Positions 40,810 to 60,557 of a stretch of 64,000 nt of DNA are shown in pieces. Location: assembly GCF_009914755.1 (NCBI RefSeq), contig NC_060941.1, one strand, 5' to 3'. The notes beneath the pieces are model-generated. The model made no database searches. It saw nothing but the letters and a program-made list of their open reading frames with translations, and was not told the origin of the DNA. The stretch comes from the human T2T-CHM13v2.0 reference genome, Homo sapiens. The stretch's first letter is position 1. Every line of letters starts with the position of its first letter. A program made the position numbers and the translations under genes.

Positions 40810-41990
40810 TGTTTATTTATTCTATAAAACAGCTTTATTGATATGTAATTCTCATACCATACAATTCAACCATTTAAAGTGGACAATCTAGTGGTTTTTG
40901 TGTATTCACAGAGCTGTGCAACCATCGTCACAAGGAATTTTAGAACATTTTCATCACCCAGAAAAGAAATGCCATGCCCCTTAGGCAATCACTCTCCCAT
41001 GCCCGCCCTCTTTTCAGTCCTAGGCAGCCACTAATCTACTTTATGACTCTATAGATTTGCCTGTTCTGGACATTTCATACAAATTGAATCATATAATACA
41101 TGGGTTTTTTTGACTGGCTTTGTTAACTTAAGCATAATGTTTCCAAGGCTTATCCATGTCGTAACACCAGTACTCACTTCTTTTCATCACCAAAGAATAT
41201 TCCATTGTATGGATATACCACATTTTTGGCCATTTCGAATAATGCTGCTATGAACATTTCTGTGGACATGTGTTCCATTTCTCTTGGGTATATACCTAGG
41301 AGTGGAATTGCTGGTCATATCGTAACTCTGTGTTTAACCTTTGGAGGAACTGCCAGACTATTTTCCAAAGTGGCTGCACCATTTTATATTCCCACCAGCA
41401 AGGCAGGAAGGTCCCAATTTCTCTCATCCTCACCAACACTTGTTGTTCCCCCCCACCCCCCCGCAGTTAATCCTTTTATTTCATTTTTAAATTTTTTTAT
41501 TTTAGATTGAGGGTACACATGTAGGTTTGTTACAAGGGTATATTGTGTGATGCTGGGGTTAGGATTTCTATTGATCCCATCACCCAGGTAGTGAACATAG
41601 TACCCAATAGGAAGTTTCTCAGCCCTTGCCCCACCTCCCTCTTTTTGGAGTCCCCAGTGTCTATTGCTCCTATCTTTATGTCTGATCAACGTTTGTTATA
41701 TGTCAATTTGATGTAGCCATCCTAGCAGGTGCAAAATGGTATCTCATTGTGGTTTTGATTCGCATTTCCCTGAAGACTAATGATATTTAGCATCTTCTCA
41801 TGTGATTATTGGAAATTTGTATATCTTCTTTGGAGAAATGTCTATTTTGGTCCTTTGGTCCTTTGCCCATTTATAATTGGATATTTGTCTTTTTTATTAT
41901 TGATTGTAACAGTTCTTTTTATATTCTAGTGTGGTGTCTTATTTTAATCTTTTTGAAATAAATGTTTTCTCAGTCATACTCATATACTCT
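40810..41990 (-). mobile_element. L1MB-like 3' region with a nested old L1PA 3' end (~41470-41685)
   Basis: Antisense L1 3'UTR/ORF2-end motifs (TATACCTAGGAGTGGAATTGCTGG; GGTATCTCATTGTGGTTTTGATT). Confidence 0.8.
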
Positions 41991-42027
41991 AGAGCAGCAG
42001 TGTGTTTGAATCCAAAGAACACACACA

Positions 42028-42164
42028 GGCAAGGCAGGGTGGCTCACGCCTGTAATCCCAGCACTATGGGAGGCCAAGGTAGGCAGACTACTTGAGGTCA
42101 CGAGTTTGAGACCAGCCTGGCCAACATGGTGAAACCCTGTCTGTACTAAAAGTACAAAAATTAT
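42028..42164 (+). mobile_element. Alu left arm
   Basis: Left monomer plus linker; no matching right arm found. Confidence 0.85.
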
Positions 42165-43345
42165 GGCTGGGCACAGTGGCTCACTGCTGTAATTCCAACA
42201 CTTTGGGAGGCCAAGGCAGGCGGATCACGAGGTCAGGAGTTTGAGACCAGCCTGACCAACATGGTGAAACCCCGTCTCTATTAAAAATGCAAAAATTAGC
42301 ACTTTAGAGAATCTCACGGTTCCAAGATGGCCGAATAGGAACAGCTCTGGTCTGCAGCTCCCAGCACAGTCGACACAGAAGACGGGTGATTTTTGCATTT
42401 CCAACTGAGGTACCTGGTTCATCTCATTGGGACTGGTTGGACAGTGGGTGCAGCCCATGGAGGGCCAGCCGAAGCAGGGCAGGACATCAGCTCAACAGGG
42501 AAGTGCAAGGGGTTGGGGGGATTCCCTTTCCTAGCCAAGGGAAGCCGTGACAGATTGCAGCTGGAAAATCGGGATACTGCCACCCAAATACTGCACTTTT
42601 CCAATGGTCTTAGCAAATGGCACACCAGGAGATTATATCTCACACCTGGCTCAGCAGGTCCCACGCCCATGGAGACTTGCTCACTGCTAGCACAGCAGTC
42701 CGAGATTGAGCTACAGGCGGCAGCCTGGCTAGGGGAAGGGCGTCTGCCATTGCTGAGGCTTGAGTAGGTAAAAAAAAGCAGCTGGTAAGCTCGAACTGGG
42801 TGCAGCCCACCACAGCTCAATGAGGCCTGCCTGCCTCTGTAGACTTCACCTCTGGGGCAGGGGATAGCTGAACAAAAGGCAGCAGAAACTTCTGCAGACT
42901 TGAACATCCCTGTCTCACAGCACTGAAGAGAACAGTGGTTCTCCCAGCACAGTGTTTGACCTCTGAGAACAGAAAGACTGCCTCCTCAAGTGGATCCCGA
43001 ACCCCTATGTAGCCTAACTGGGAGATACCTCCCAGTAGGGGCTAACTGACATCTCAAATAGGTGGGTGCCCCTCTGGGATGAAGCTTCCAGAGGAAGGAT
43101 CAGGCAGCAATATGTGCTGTTCTGCAATATTTGCTGCTCTGCAGCCTCCACTGGTGATACCCAGGAAAACAGGGTCTGGAGTGGACCTCCAGCAAACTCC
43201 AACAGACCAGCAGCTGTACCTGACTGTTAGAAGGAAAACTAACAAACAGAAAGGAATGGCATCAACATCAACAAAAAGGACATCCACACCAAAACCCCAT
43301 CTGTAGGTCACCATTATCAAAGACCAAAGGTAGATAAAACCACAA

Positions 43346-44363
43346 ATGGGGAGAAATCAGAGCTGAAAATTCTAAAAACCAGAGTGCCTCTTCTCCTCCA
43401 AAGGATGGCAGCTCCTCACCAGCAATGGAACAAAGCTGGATGGAGAATGACTTTGACGAGTTGACAGAAGTAGGCTTCAGAAGGTCAATAATAACAAACT
43501 TCTCCGAGCTAAAGGAGGATGTTTGAACCCATCGCAAGGAAGCTAAAAACCTTGAAAAAAGATTAGATGAGTGGCTAACTAGAATAAACAGAGTAAAGAA
43601 GACCTTAAATGACCTGATGGAGCTGAAAACCATGGCAGGAGAACTACGTGACACATGCACAAGATTCAGTAGCCGATTCGATCAAGTGGAAGAAAGTGTA
43701 TCAGTGATTGAAGATCAAATTAATGAAATGAAGCAAGAAGAGAAGTTTAGAGAAAAAAGAGTAAAAAGAAACGAACAAAGCCTCCGAGAAATATGGGACT
43801 ACAGGAAAGACCAAATCTACATTTGGCTGCTGTACCTGAAAGTGACAGGGAGAATGGAACCAAGCTGGAAAACACTCTTCAGGGTATTATCCAGGAGAAC
43901 TTCCCCAACCTAGCAAGGCAGGCCAACATTCAAATTTAGGAAATACAGACAACACCACAAAGATACTCCTCAAGAAGAGCAACCCCAAGACACATAATTG
44001 TCAGATTCACCAAGGTTGAAATGAAGGAAAAAATGTTAAGGGCAGCCACAGAGAAAGGTCAGGTTATCCAGAAAGGGAAGCCCATCAGACTAACAGCTGA
44101 TCTCTTCGTCAGAAACTCTATAAGCCAGAAGAGAGTGGGGGCCAACATTCAACATTCTTAAAGAAAGGAATTTTCAACCCAGAATTTGATATCCAGCCAA
44201 ACTAAGCTTCATAAGTGAAGGAGAAATAAAATACTTTACAGACAAGCAAATGCTGAGAGATTTTGTTACCACCAAGCCTGCCTTACAAGAGCTCCTGAAG
44301 GAAGCTCTAAACATGGAAAGGAACAACCGGTACCAGCCACTGCAAAACCATGCCAAATTCTAA
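43346..44363 (+). pseudogene. L1 ORF1 (RNA-binding ORF1p), disrupted
   Basis: ATG 43346, early frameshift, peptide MELKTMAGELRD..EEKFREKRVKRNEQSL, stop TAA 44361-44363. Confidence 0.9.
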
Positions 44364-44426
44364 AGACCATCGACACTATGAAGAAACAGCATCAACTAAT
44401 GGGCAAAATAACCAGCTAACATCATA

Positions 44427-48244
<3,818 letters not shown>

Positions 48245-48450
48245 ACAATGAGAACACTTGGACACTGGGTGAGGAACATCACACATTGGGGCTTGTCGTG
48301 GAGTGGGGGGATGGGGGAGGGATAGCGTTAGGAGAGATATCTAATGTAAATGACAAGTTAATGGGTGCAGCAAACCAACATGGCACATGTATACCTTTGT
48401 AACAAATCTGCACATTGTACACATGTACCCTAGAATTTAAAGTATAATTA

Positions 48451-48654
<204 letters not shown>

Positions 48655-50075
48655 TTATTACATTGAATCTGTAGATTGCTTTTGGTAATAAAGACATTTT
48701 AATAATAGTAATTTTTCAAATCCACGAGCATGGGGTATCTTTCCATTTTTTGTGTCCTCTTTAATTTCTTTTATTCACATTTTGTATTTTTCATTAGTTC
48801 TGAATCTTTATTATAGTGGTGGTTACAAACATCTATATATGTGATACACATACAAAATGCTGATTTTGACATGATACTCTGATAATGTGAGATGTGACTA
48901 CTGGGGGAAACTGGGTGAAGATATTCAGTTCTCAAGATCCACATTGGGCCTGATCCAGCCCCTATACAGGCTCTCAGATGGTGTATAATTCTACTTCCTG
49001 TGAAAGAGACAGAAAGAGGGACCAGGCCCTGGGAAGAAGAGTGGGCTTGGCCCTGAAAAGGGGATTGGTGAGAGTAGGAGGGAGGGGACCCAGAAGGTGC
49101 GCTCTGTTTATTCTACACCTTTGTTTGTCGCCATATCTTGCCCACTGTCTACAGACTTATAATGAGTAACTAAATGAATGATGTCAAAAGCTGAGCCCTT
49201 GGTGTAAAACAGGCACTCTTCCTCAGTTCCTCAGTGCCAAAACCCATCCCATTGCCTCTGGACCCCGGTCCTCTGGAAGCTGGAAGGAGGATAATCATGC
49301 TTTTCCTAGAAGCTCCAGGCAAGCTACCAGTGGTTTGGATATTTCATTCCTGCAGCCCTTGACTGGGCTGGACCTGCTGCCCCAGGTACGTGTTACAGTG
49401 CAGGAGCGTAGTATGTCAACCCTGAAGCTTCCTGATGCAAGCCACTGAACGCTCAACTCAAAAGGGCTTAAGCAATAATGAAAAGTATCCTTTCACATAA
49501 GAAGAATTCTGGAGGTCAAGGAGTTCCATTGTTGGTTCATTTCCCAGAACAATTTGGTCATGAAGTACTCAAATTCTTTCCACTTCATCTTCAGTGGATT
49601 GGCTATTCAGCTTTTTCATATTTGCCAATCTGACACATAAAAAATGGTATGTAATAAACAAGACACAAGTTTATTGACATTCTGGAGTAGTCACTAGCAG
49701 GAAGGGTTTTGAGAAAATACTCAGACTCTTCTTGCCCCAGAAGGTGTATCCAGCAAATCAACTCCTGGGATCTCCAAACAGACTGGATTAAAAATGGAAA
49801 ATAGCAAAGGATCTTGGCAGAGAATCCTCTCTGACTTTGTCAGATACAAGACTAAAAAAAAAAAAAAAAAGTTATTGTCTTGCTTCCTAAAACAAATTCT
49901 GATAAAGACCCCTAAGAATCTAAAGTCAATTGAACACAGAAAGTTTAAAGCAAAGGAATTTCCCTACGTCCTGCCAGGAAGAGGAATGTTTACAATCTCT
50001 GCACATGGCCTAACATGGCTCCCCTAAAAACAGACTTCCCTTGTTTCAATTTCCATTAAAAGAGGAGCATAAGGG

Positions 50076-50339
50076 CTTTTTTTTTTTTTTTTTTTTTTTT
50101 GAGACAGAGCCTCGCTCTGTTGCCCAGGCTGGAGTGCAGTGGCATGAACCCAGCTCACTGCAAGCTCTGCTTCCCGGGTTGAAGCAATTCTCGTGCCTCA
50201 GCCTCCTAAGTAGCTGAGATCACAGGCATGCACCACCACACCTGGCTAGTTTTTGTATTTTTTGTAGAGACAAGGTTTCACCATGTTGCCCAGACTGGTC
50301 TGGATCTCCCAACCTTAAATGAGTCACCATGCCCGGCCC
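50076..50339 (-). mobile_element. AluS with a left-arm deletion
   Basis: Antisense; TSD GCATAA(G/A)GGCTTT. Confidence 0.9.
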
Positions 50340-50359
50340 GCATAAAGGCTTTTCTAAAC

Positions 50360-50572
50360 CAGTGCTGCCCCAGTAGAATTTTCTGTAATGCTGAATATGT
50401 TTTATATCTGAGCTGTCCAGTAGAGTAGCCACTGTCATGCATGTGTGAGTATGTAGCACTTGAAATGTGGCAAGTGTGAATAAGGAACTGAATTTTTAAT
50501 TTTAAGAAAGTTTACTTAATTTAAATTTAAATAGCCACATGTGACTAATGGCTACCATATTGAACAGAGCAG
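50360..50572. mobile_element. MER3-like hAT-Charlie element
   Basis: GCACTTGAAATGTGGC..TTTAAATTTAAATAGCCACATGTG..GGCTACCATATTG. Confidence 0.8.
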
Positions 50573-51119
50573 TTCTAGGTAGACTTGTTTGGGGTTTTCT
50601 TTTGCTAAGAGCGATGCCCCAGGTCTTACTGGTCCAGGATGCCTGTAACTGCAACCTCTGGACACAACTAGGGTTGTTGCTGATAAACCACAGGATAGTA
50701 TAGCTTCAGGTTTTTATAATAATAAAAATAAATAAAGTGAAAAGAGTAGAGGATGTTTATACTCAAAATCACAGGCACCACCCCATCTCCACTCCAGCCA
50801 CAGGCTGAGTCTGCACAAATGAAATCAAGTGTTGAGCTGAGCTAAATACCTTGCTGAGAAAGGGAAGTTTGGTAGGAGAGGTGAGGAAGACAGAAGGTCT
50901 GAGCATTGTTGAATTACCTGGATGTAAGTGTTTTACTTCACCACTTTGTCCCTAATATCACAACACAATTATTGAAGGGAGTACATGCCAGGCACAATTG
51001 CAATTTTACTTTATTAAATGTTCACAATGTGTAAGCAACTGTACAGAACATAGAAACAATTGTCCTCATCCTCCAGGACTATATACCCTGGTGAGATGCG
51101 TAAAAAAAATAATAAAGAA

Positions 51120-51511
<392 letters not shown>

Positions 51512-52202
51512 CTATTATGGATTTTAAAAATACATACTTTTTCCCCTATAATTATTGAAATGATATTTGCCCATTATGGAAAAACTGAAATAAACATATA
51601 AGCACAAAGAAAATAAATATCAGCTATAATAGCATGAAAATATTTCCTTAACCAATTTTCTTTTTTAAAAAAATATATTTTTAGGTTGGGCACGGTGGAG
51701 GAAGTTCTCTAACAAAGAGAAAAATCAAGCTAGAGAATGTTTTAAGGTAAAGGAATTGAAATAAATTACTCACGTTCATTGCTATCTAAATACATGATGA
51801 CAAAAACGGGAAAGTAGAATAAACCATAACCCAAACTCTAGATAATACAAACAGCAAACATAAAAAACCAGAGCTAGTAAAATATACCTAGGTACACATA
51901 TGTTTGGTAGAGAACACATAGATATTGACAAGGTTAAGAAGCTGACTACAGGGAAATATAGGTATTAATGTAAGGGATATACCCCAGAAGAATAAAAATA
52001 GAATGTATATCTTAAGCCAACAGTAGAAGAAAATTTGTTCTATCCAATGAAAGGAAAAAAGGAATAAAAAAGAAATAAAAGTATGAAATAGAAAATATGA
52101 AATTAAAATTATAGAAATAGTTCTAGTAGACTGGTGATTAGAATTTATGTAAATAGGTTAAATTCACCAATAAAAAAATTACCAAATTGGATTTTAAAAA
52201 TA

Positions 52203-52332
52203 GGCTGGCCACGATGGCTCATGCCTATAATCCCAACACTTTGGGAGGCCAAACTGGGAGGATCTTTTGAGCTCAGGAGTTGGAGACCATCTCTGGGCAA
52301 CATAGCAAGGCTCTGTCTCTATTTGAAAAAAT
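52203..52332 (+). mobile_element. FLAM-like Alu monomer
   Basis: Left monomer only. Confidence 0.8.
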
Positions 52333-52499
52333 AACAGAGTATCAGATAAGGTAGAACTTTAATTTCTCCCCCAAATTGTAAGCCAATTTCTCCTTCATTA
52401 TTTGTTGAGAAATTTGTATTTGTATTCTCCCATTACCGAATTGTGATGCCAACTCTGTCTAGTACTCATGATTTATATGTATTTGGGTTTGTCCTTGGA

Positions 52500-52895
52500 T
52501 GGTGGACTCTAGCTCCTGCTTCAATGAAAGACTTGTCCCACCGCTGGTAGTGTTGTCAGCGGAGTATTCAGGGGTCATCTCCTGCAGGGATTTTCTCAGC
52601 TGTAGAGAGCCACCACATCTGAGGAGTTACCCCTTCCCAGTGGCCTACATCCAGTGACTCATTCCTGTGGGTATAAATGCCTGGCCACAGGTCCCACTTG
52701 AGACAACTCCGAAGGCCATTGAGCACCCGGCTCCTGTGGGTTTGGCCAGGGCTCTTGGGTCTACTGAATCATGGTTTGACTTCTCCCCCTGTCTGCTTGT
52801 CCTTCCTCCTTCCCCTCCCATCCACTGGTGGTGATCCCAAGGGTGCTCCTACATGTGAACACCCTGCATGCTAACCCTCGTCTCAGAGACTGTGA
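52500..52895 (+). mobile_element. LTR16-like ERVL LTR
   Basis: CTCAGCTGTAGAGAGCC, CATCCAGTGACT..GGTATAAA, CCTGCATGCTAACCCTCGTCTCAGAG. Confidence 0.65.
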
Positions 52896-53231
52896 CACTT
52901 GACTTTGCATTCTGTGCCACGCAGTGGCCTGTCCTTTCCGCAGTGCACTGTGAAGTCAGCTTCCTTTTAGCAAGCTTAAGGTCTACAGTGCAAGTCCTGC
53001 GCTTGATGATGCCAGGACTGAGCTTGTTTAATTTGGTTACTTTTCCAGATGTTTCATTAAGCGCCAAAAAAAAATTTCCTTGTCACTTTGATTGGAATTA
53101 CATTAAATTTATAAATTTATTTAAGGACAACATCATCTTGATAATATCCAGTCATCCCCTCAGGGAACATGCTTTACCTTGGCATACACTCTTTCTTTAA
53201 TGTCCTTCATTAAAGGTTTGTGGTTTTCTAT

Positions 53232-53391
53232 TTCTTTTTTTCTTTGACACAGTGTCTCGCTCTATCACTCAGGCTGGAGTGCAGCGGTGTGATCGTAGCT
53301 CACTGTGGCTTCGAACTTCTGGACTCAAGCCATCCTCCTCCCTCAGCCTCTCAAAGTGTTGGGATTACAGGTGTGAGCCACCACACCCAGC
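53232..53391 (-). mobile_element. Alu monomer-length (FAM/FRAM-like)
   Basis: Single antisense monomer. Confidence 0.82.
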
Positions 53392-53837
53392 CTGGTTTTC
53401 TATTTCTATTTGCATTGTTATTATAAAATAATACATATTATTATAGTATATATGAGATATATACTGGCTTTTATATAATCTATTTTTTTAACTAACATGT
53501 AAAAGCTATTGATTTTTATAAAAATACTTATTTTATATACTTCTTTTATAACTGGTCTCTTGGGTTTTTAGGTAAATGTTCATGGGATTGTGCAAATGGC
53601 AATAAATTTGACACCTTTCCAAAAGTTTTATTTTACTTGTTTTTCTTGTTGTTATTCAATGACTGGAATTTTGAGACCAAGCTTAAGCAGCAGTGGGGAT
53701 AGTTTCAGATTACTAGTGGGAATGTCCCAAGTATTAACCGTTAAGGAAGGTATTAGTTTGGGACATTAATCATATCAAAAAAGCAGCCTTCTAATTCTTA
53801 ACATAAGAGTTTTTGTTTGTTTTAAAAATCAGCGATG

Positions 53838-54139
53838 GGCCGGGCGCAGTGGCTTACGCCTGCAATCCCAGCACTTTGGGAGACCAAGGCAGGTGGGCAG
53901 ATCATTTGAGGTCAGGAGTTCGAGATCAGCCTGGCCAACATGGTGAAACCCCATCTCTACTAAAAATATAAAAATTAGCTGGGCCTGGTGGCACACACCT
54001 GTGATCTTAGCCATTCGGGAGGCTGAAGCATGAGAATCGCTTGAGCCCAGGAGGCGAAGGTTCCAGTGAGCCAAGATCATGCCACTCCAGTCCAACTTGG
54101 GTGACAGAGCAAGACTCTGTCTTAAAAAAAAAAAAAAAA
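53838..54139 (+). mobile_element. AluS
   Basis: Dimer; degenerate TSD AAAATCAGCGATG/AAAACCAGCAATG. Confidence 0.92.
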
Positions 54140-54676
54140 CCAGCAATGTTGTCAGGGTAAATTTAAATATTGGCATCTTTCTATTGCTTTTGCCTGGAAT
54201 CCCTTTAAGTCTACATATATAGGCTTTGTTTTTCAATTCGGAAGTTTCTTTGATTACATCCTCCATTATTAGGTCTGTTTCAATGTTCCTGTTTTAGCCT
54301 CAGCAACATCTTAAGTTCTTAATTTTTATCTTCCTTCTCTGTCTTCTATATTTATTGCCTTTTCTCATGTTATTTTGAAATTTATTCTTTTCTTCTGCAT
54401 TTTAGGAGGACTTTTGGGCCTCCATATTGTGGATTCAGTTTTCCATCTTCTTGAATCTAGAGGCTTTACTGCCGCTCATGTATTTTCAAATTCCATTATA
54501 TTGTTTTAGTCCATTTATATTACTTTCTTATCCAATTCCCCTTTTGAAAAAATTTTAGTGGCCTCTGCTTTTCATCTCAGTCTACTATTTGAGAACATCA
54601 ATTTTGAGCTATTGTTTCACAGAGTCCATGTTTTCATTTTGTTAGGATCACAATAAAGTTTATCATCTAAAATTTA

Positions 54677-54725
54677 TAGGTTGGTGCAAAAGCAATTGCA
54701 GTTTTTGCCATTAAAAGTAATGGCA
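54677..54725. mobile_element. MADE1 (Hsmar1 MITE), truncated
   Basis: TAGGTTGGTGCAAAAGCAATTGCAGTTTTTGCCATTAAAAGTAATGGCA: one TIR, spacer, start of the second TIR. Confidence 0.85.
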
Positions 54726-55998
54726 GGGTATTAAAGTAACACTTCAGTCTTCTACCGTAATTCTGATGTCAGTTGGATTCAGACAACCCTGGGTCAACCT
54801 TCCATCCCATGGGAAGTCCAATGCCACACCCAAGATTTCTAGGGTTCCTTGTGCTCACTGCTTGCTCCATTTTCCTGTTCCTGCTCACTAGAGCTCATTT
54901 GTTTCTTTCATTTCATGCTTGCTTTCCTCTCTGCTCAGGGCCTACTTTCTTCCCAAGGTTCTTGAACTTCCATCCCTTTCTCTCCCCAGACTCTCCCAGA
55001 TCACATCCTCTCTGGTCTGCGCCAGCTCCTCCCAATTCTGGTTCCTTTCATATCTCTGGATCTTTTTGCTCACCAAACCATCTTAGCCATGCCTAGAAGG
55101 CTTCATCTTCAAAGCTAGTCATGCTCTGCAAGATATGTTCTTAAACACATTTCCCCCCACCATGAGAAATGAAGTATTCTGCTCATAAAGTAACATTTTT
55201 TTCCTCCTCAGTATACTACCATTCACCTTATTCAATAGCTTGGTTTTCCTCTTGAGTGTTATGTTCTCTTCTCTTCATGATACAGAATACTTTCATAGTT
55301 CCATGTTGGTTTTACCACCATTTCACCTTTGAAAATGGAGAGATTTATCTAAACTTTCTAGGTGACCCTGAAACAGGGTAAAATGATTTTCTTGGGATTC
55401 CATCACCAGTCGCTGTTACAATGCTCTTCTCTGTTCTTAGTTTGAAGGCCTCTTTGATGCTTAGAATAAGGGAAGAAGGGATCCAGAGCTATGAGCTGAA
55501 GGGCAGATTCTGTGATTCTAGGTGTTCGGGGATGCACCAGGCTCAGCTTTCTGACTGGCCCTGCGATGACTGGCCTGGGGGCCTCAGCATCCAGGTGTAT
55601 CCCAGCCTATTGTAGTGTCCACTGTCTCTAGAAGGAGTCCTATCCCTACTCCCACACCGTGATATTCTCCATGGGGTGGCCAGTTTAACCTTGGACCACG
55701 TGCACAACTGTTTTTAAAGGTAAAAAGGATTGCAAGTAGTGCGATTGACCCAAGGTCTATTTTACTGTTAACTCTTGCTCTTTCTAATTAGGGGATGTTA
55801 CTAAGATCTGAGATCTCAATTATTCCAGGATGCTGTTTCTTGGGGAGAAGGGAGGTCAGGGTATACCTGGAGCTTTTTCTTCCATGCAGACTTCTTGCTG
55901 TAGTCCAGTAGAAAGTCCTCAATATTTTTGAAATGTAGATGATAACCTTTTCTAGTTGTAGCACTGATATTTATTTTACTTATATTGTATTCCTTTCA

Positions 55999-56339
<341 letters not shown>

Positions 56340-57080
56340 GTCACCTATCCTATTCAAAAGTACCAATAGTTTCTTCCTTTTGTGTTTAGTTTATGGAAAA
56401 GTTCTTTCAGTTTAAATCAGGCATTCATAATATTTCAAGTCTGAAACATGTCTAGAGAAAGGGTCTACTCAAATACACCATCACAACCTGTTTGTGCAGG
56501 CACGGAGCTGGGTAGCACTGCCTCTATTTTTGTTAGAATGATCTTTGGATTTCCTTACTCCTGTTCTGTTAGGGAGAAAAACAGCTTAGAAATATCTGAA
56601 CAATTCCCAAAAATAATACACGGCTGAAAATTCCTTTGGCTATAGTTTTCTCAGGAAGCAGATCAAGCCTTTCCATTTCCTAGCAGATCCCTCAACAGTC
56701 AAAAGGACAGGGAATGTTTGTAAGGGTATCTTGTGTGCTTCTGTTCTCACCAGCCCTCAGGTCCCCTGGAAACACCAGACTCTAATAAGCAAAATAATCT
56801 AAGGAGTAAAGAAATAGCAGGCACCTTTTAGATAGGATGCGCTGCAGCCAGAACATTGACGTGCGGTCAGCTGGGCACCAAGTTGCTGTTTTGAATTTGT
56901 GAAAGTTCCATCTGTTTGGTAACCAAAATCCAGGGAAGGAAAAAATTCTGCTCCAAGTAAACTCAAATTTAGTGGCATTGGTAGAAAGATGTGAATAAGA
57001 TGAGCTTCCATTTGGTAAGCAACATCCTTCTATCAGACAGGCCCATGGGGGAGTGGCACATGTGGCTTTGGGTTAAGTCA

Positions 57081-57523
<443 letters not shown>

Positions 57524-57768
57524 AAGCTCTCTGAATATTTCCCTTTACGGTCCTCTTGAACACTCTTGCTTAACCTTTGTGTGCCTCAGTTCTTTGACTG
57601 GTCCTTCCCTGTTCTGACATTGTTATCTATAGCATGCATTTTCTTACTTCCTTATGTGAGTTTGCTAAGCTGAAGTTGGAATTTGTGAACTTTGGACATT
57701 TCTTCTCCATTTCTCTTGTTATTGCTCAGTTTGGAGAAGTGAGGGTATAGGATATGGGTTTGCGTGTG

Positions 57769-57770
<2 letters not shown>

Positions 57771-57799
<29 letters not shown>
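57771..57799 (+). repeat. (TG)n microsatellite
   Basis: ~14 TG units. Confidence 0.95.
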
Positions 57800-57801
<2 letters not shown>

Positions 57802-58016
57802 CAGATAACAAAAGATCTAAGATACCTCTAGCAAAAAGGCCATCAAAAGAGAAGTGGGTTGCCCTTAGATTAGTGGCACAACTGGTCTAAATAGACCCAG
57901 TATAAAATCTCTGTGAGGTCTTTATGCTTTCTGCAACCTCTTGCATACACAAGCATACTTTGTTTTGCCATACTTCAGGACATTACCTTATTAATAATTA
58001 AACACCATTGTTTTTA

Positions 58017-58399
<383 letters not shown>

Positions 58400-58881
58400 T
58401 TAAATAAATTCTGTCCATACAAAATATTGTATGTGATCTTATAATCATCATCATGATTTATTTGGCAAAGTCACCAAATAAGTTTTGCAATTTCCAGTTG
58501 CTTGAGCTACTCTACTATTCAGAGCACTCTGTTAAATATTGTTCCATATTGTTTGCCTTCCTTATCAGTATTTCCCAAACTTCCCTGATGATATGAATCA
58601 CCTGAAAAACATGAGGTGCCTCTGTCACTCAGGATTTGGTGCCCATAGTGGAAGAACAATCTGCAATTCTCAACATCCACCAACATGTTCAAGCCCCAGT
58701 GCTCTCAGCTTTTGCTCTTTGTTTGCAACATGAAAGGTGACAGAACAATGCCTCAAAATTGGGCAATAGCAGGCTTTATTTAGTTAGTCAGTTTATTTTT
58801 TATCAGCTGCAATAAATACCTTTACTATAGGTATTTATTGAATTGCTTTTGAATTTTTAAATTGACACATTATAATTGTAC

Positions 58882-59170
<289 letters not shown>

Positions 59171-59781
59171 TATCCTGACTTTTTAGTAATTTTGCTAAAA
59201 CGAAGTTAAGACAAATACATTTTATGAAATAAATATATAAAAGTTATAAATTATGCTTGTTTTATTTTGTTTTATCTTCCAAACATTCCTGATCTATCAA
59301 CTGAACATCAAGATATATCAAGATATAAACAATAATATATTTACTAATTTGGATACTAACCATCACTTTACATGTATTTTTTAAAATGTTGCCATTTTGA
59401 AGATATATTCATCAAGGAAGGAGAGTGGAACACAATTCATTTAATAATTTGTTTATCTGACTTATGATTTTTAAATATTTAGCCATATGGCCTGTGGGCC
59501 TTAGTCCCAGGGACTGGAAATGTTAGGGCTGGCCCTAACAGCAACTTCCTGGGGAGGGTTGTCCATTCTTTTGCACTTGTAGCCTTTCTCTTGGGAATGA
59601 GCTTTTCTGAAGTTCTAAGAAATATAATTTCCTCCTCCACCTTACATGTAAAGGACAGTTAATTTTAAATCTCCTGGACATCGGTTTCAAGCTTTCACAT
59701 AATTTGTATGTACACCTTGATGTTCTCCTATTGTACCAGGACTAGGACTTTAAACAACAAACTGCTTAAGGTCAAAAGCCT

Positions 59782-60090
<309 letters not shown>

Positions 60091-60117
60091 AAAAGCCTGT
60101 TAGAACTAAAGAGTAGA

Positions 60118-60420
60118 GGTCGGGTGCTCTGTGGGTCACGGCTGTATTCACAGCACTTTGGGAGGCCGAGGTGGGCAGATCACAAGGTCAGGAGTTCAAG
60201 ACTAGCCTGGCAAACATGGTGAAACCCCGTCTCTACTAAAAATACAAAAATTAGCCACGCGTGGTGGCAGGTGCCTGTAATCCCAGCTACTCAGGAGGCT
60301 GAGGCAGGAGAATTGCTTGAAACCGGAAGGCGGAGGTTGCAGTGAGCTGAGATCATGTCATTGCGCTCCAGCCTGGGCTAAAGAGCAAAACTCTGTCTCA
60401 AAAAACAAACAAACAAAAAC
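60118..60420 (+). mobile_element. AluS (Sg-like)
   Basis: TSD CTAAAGAGTAGA. Confidence 0.92.
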
Positions 60421-60557
60421 CTAAAGAGTAGAAAAAAACAGAATCCTACAACCCCTAATCAAAACCAGGTACTCAGAGCAGAAGCGCCGGTGCTTGTCAG
60501 AAATGTAAAATCTCAGGTCCCAATTCAAGCCCACTGAATAGGAATATACATTCTAAT

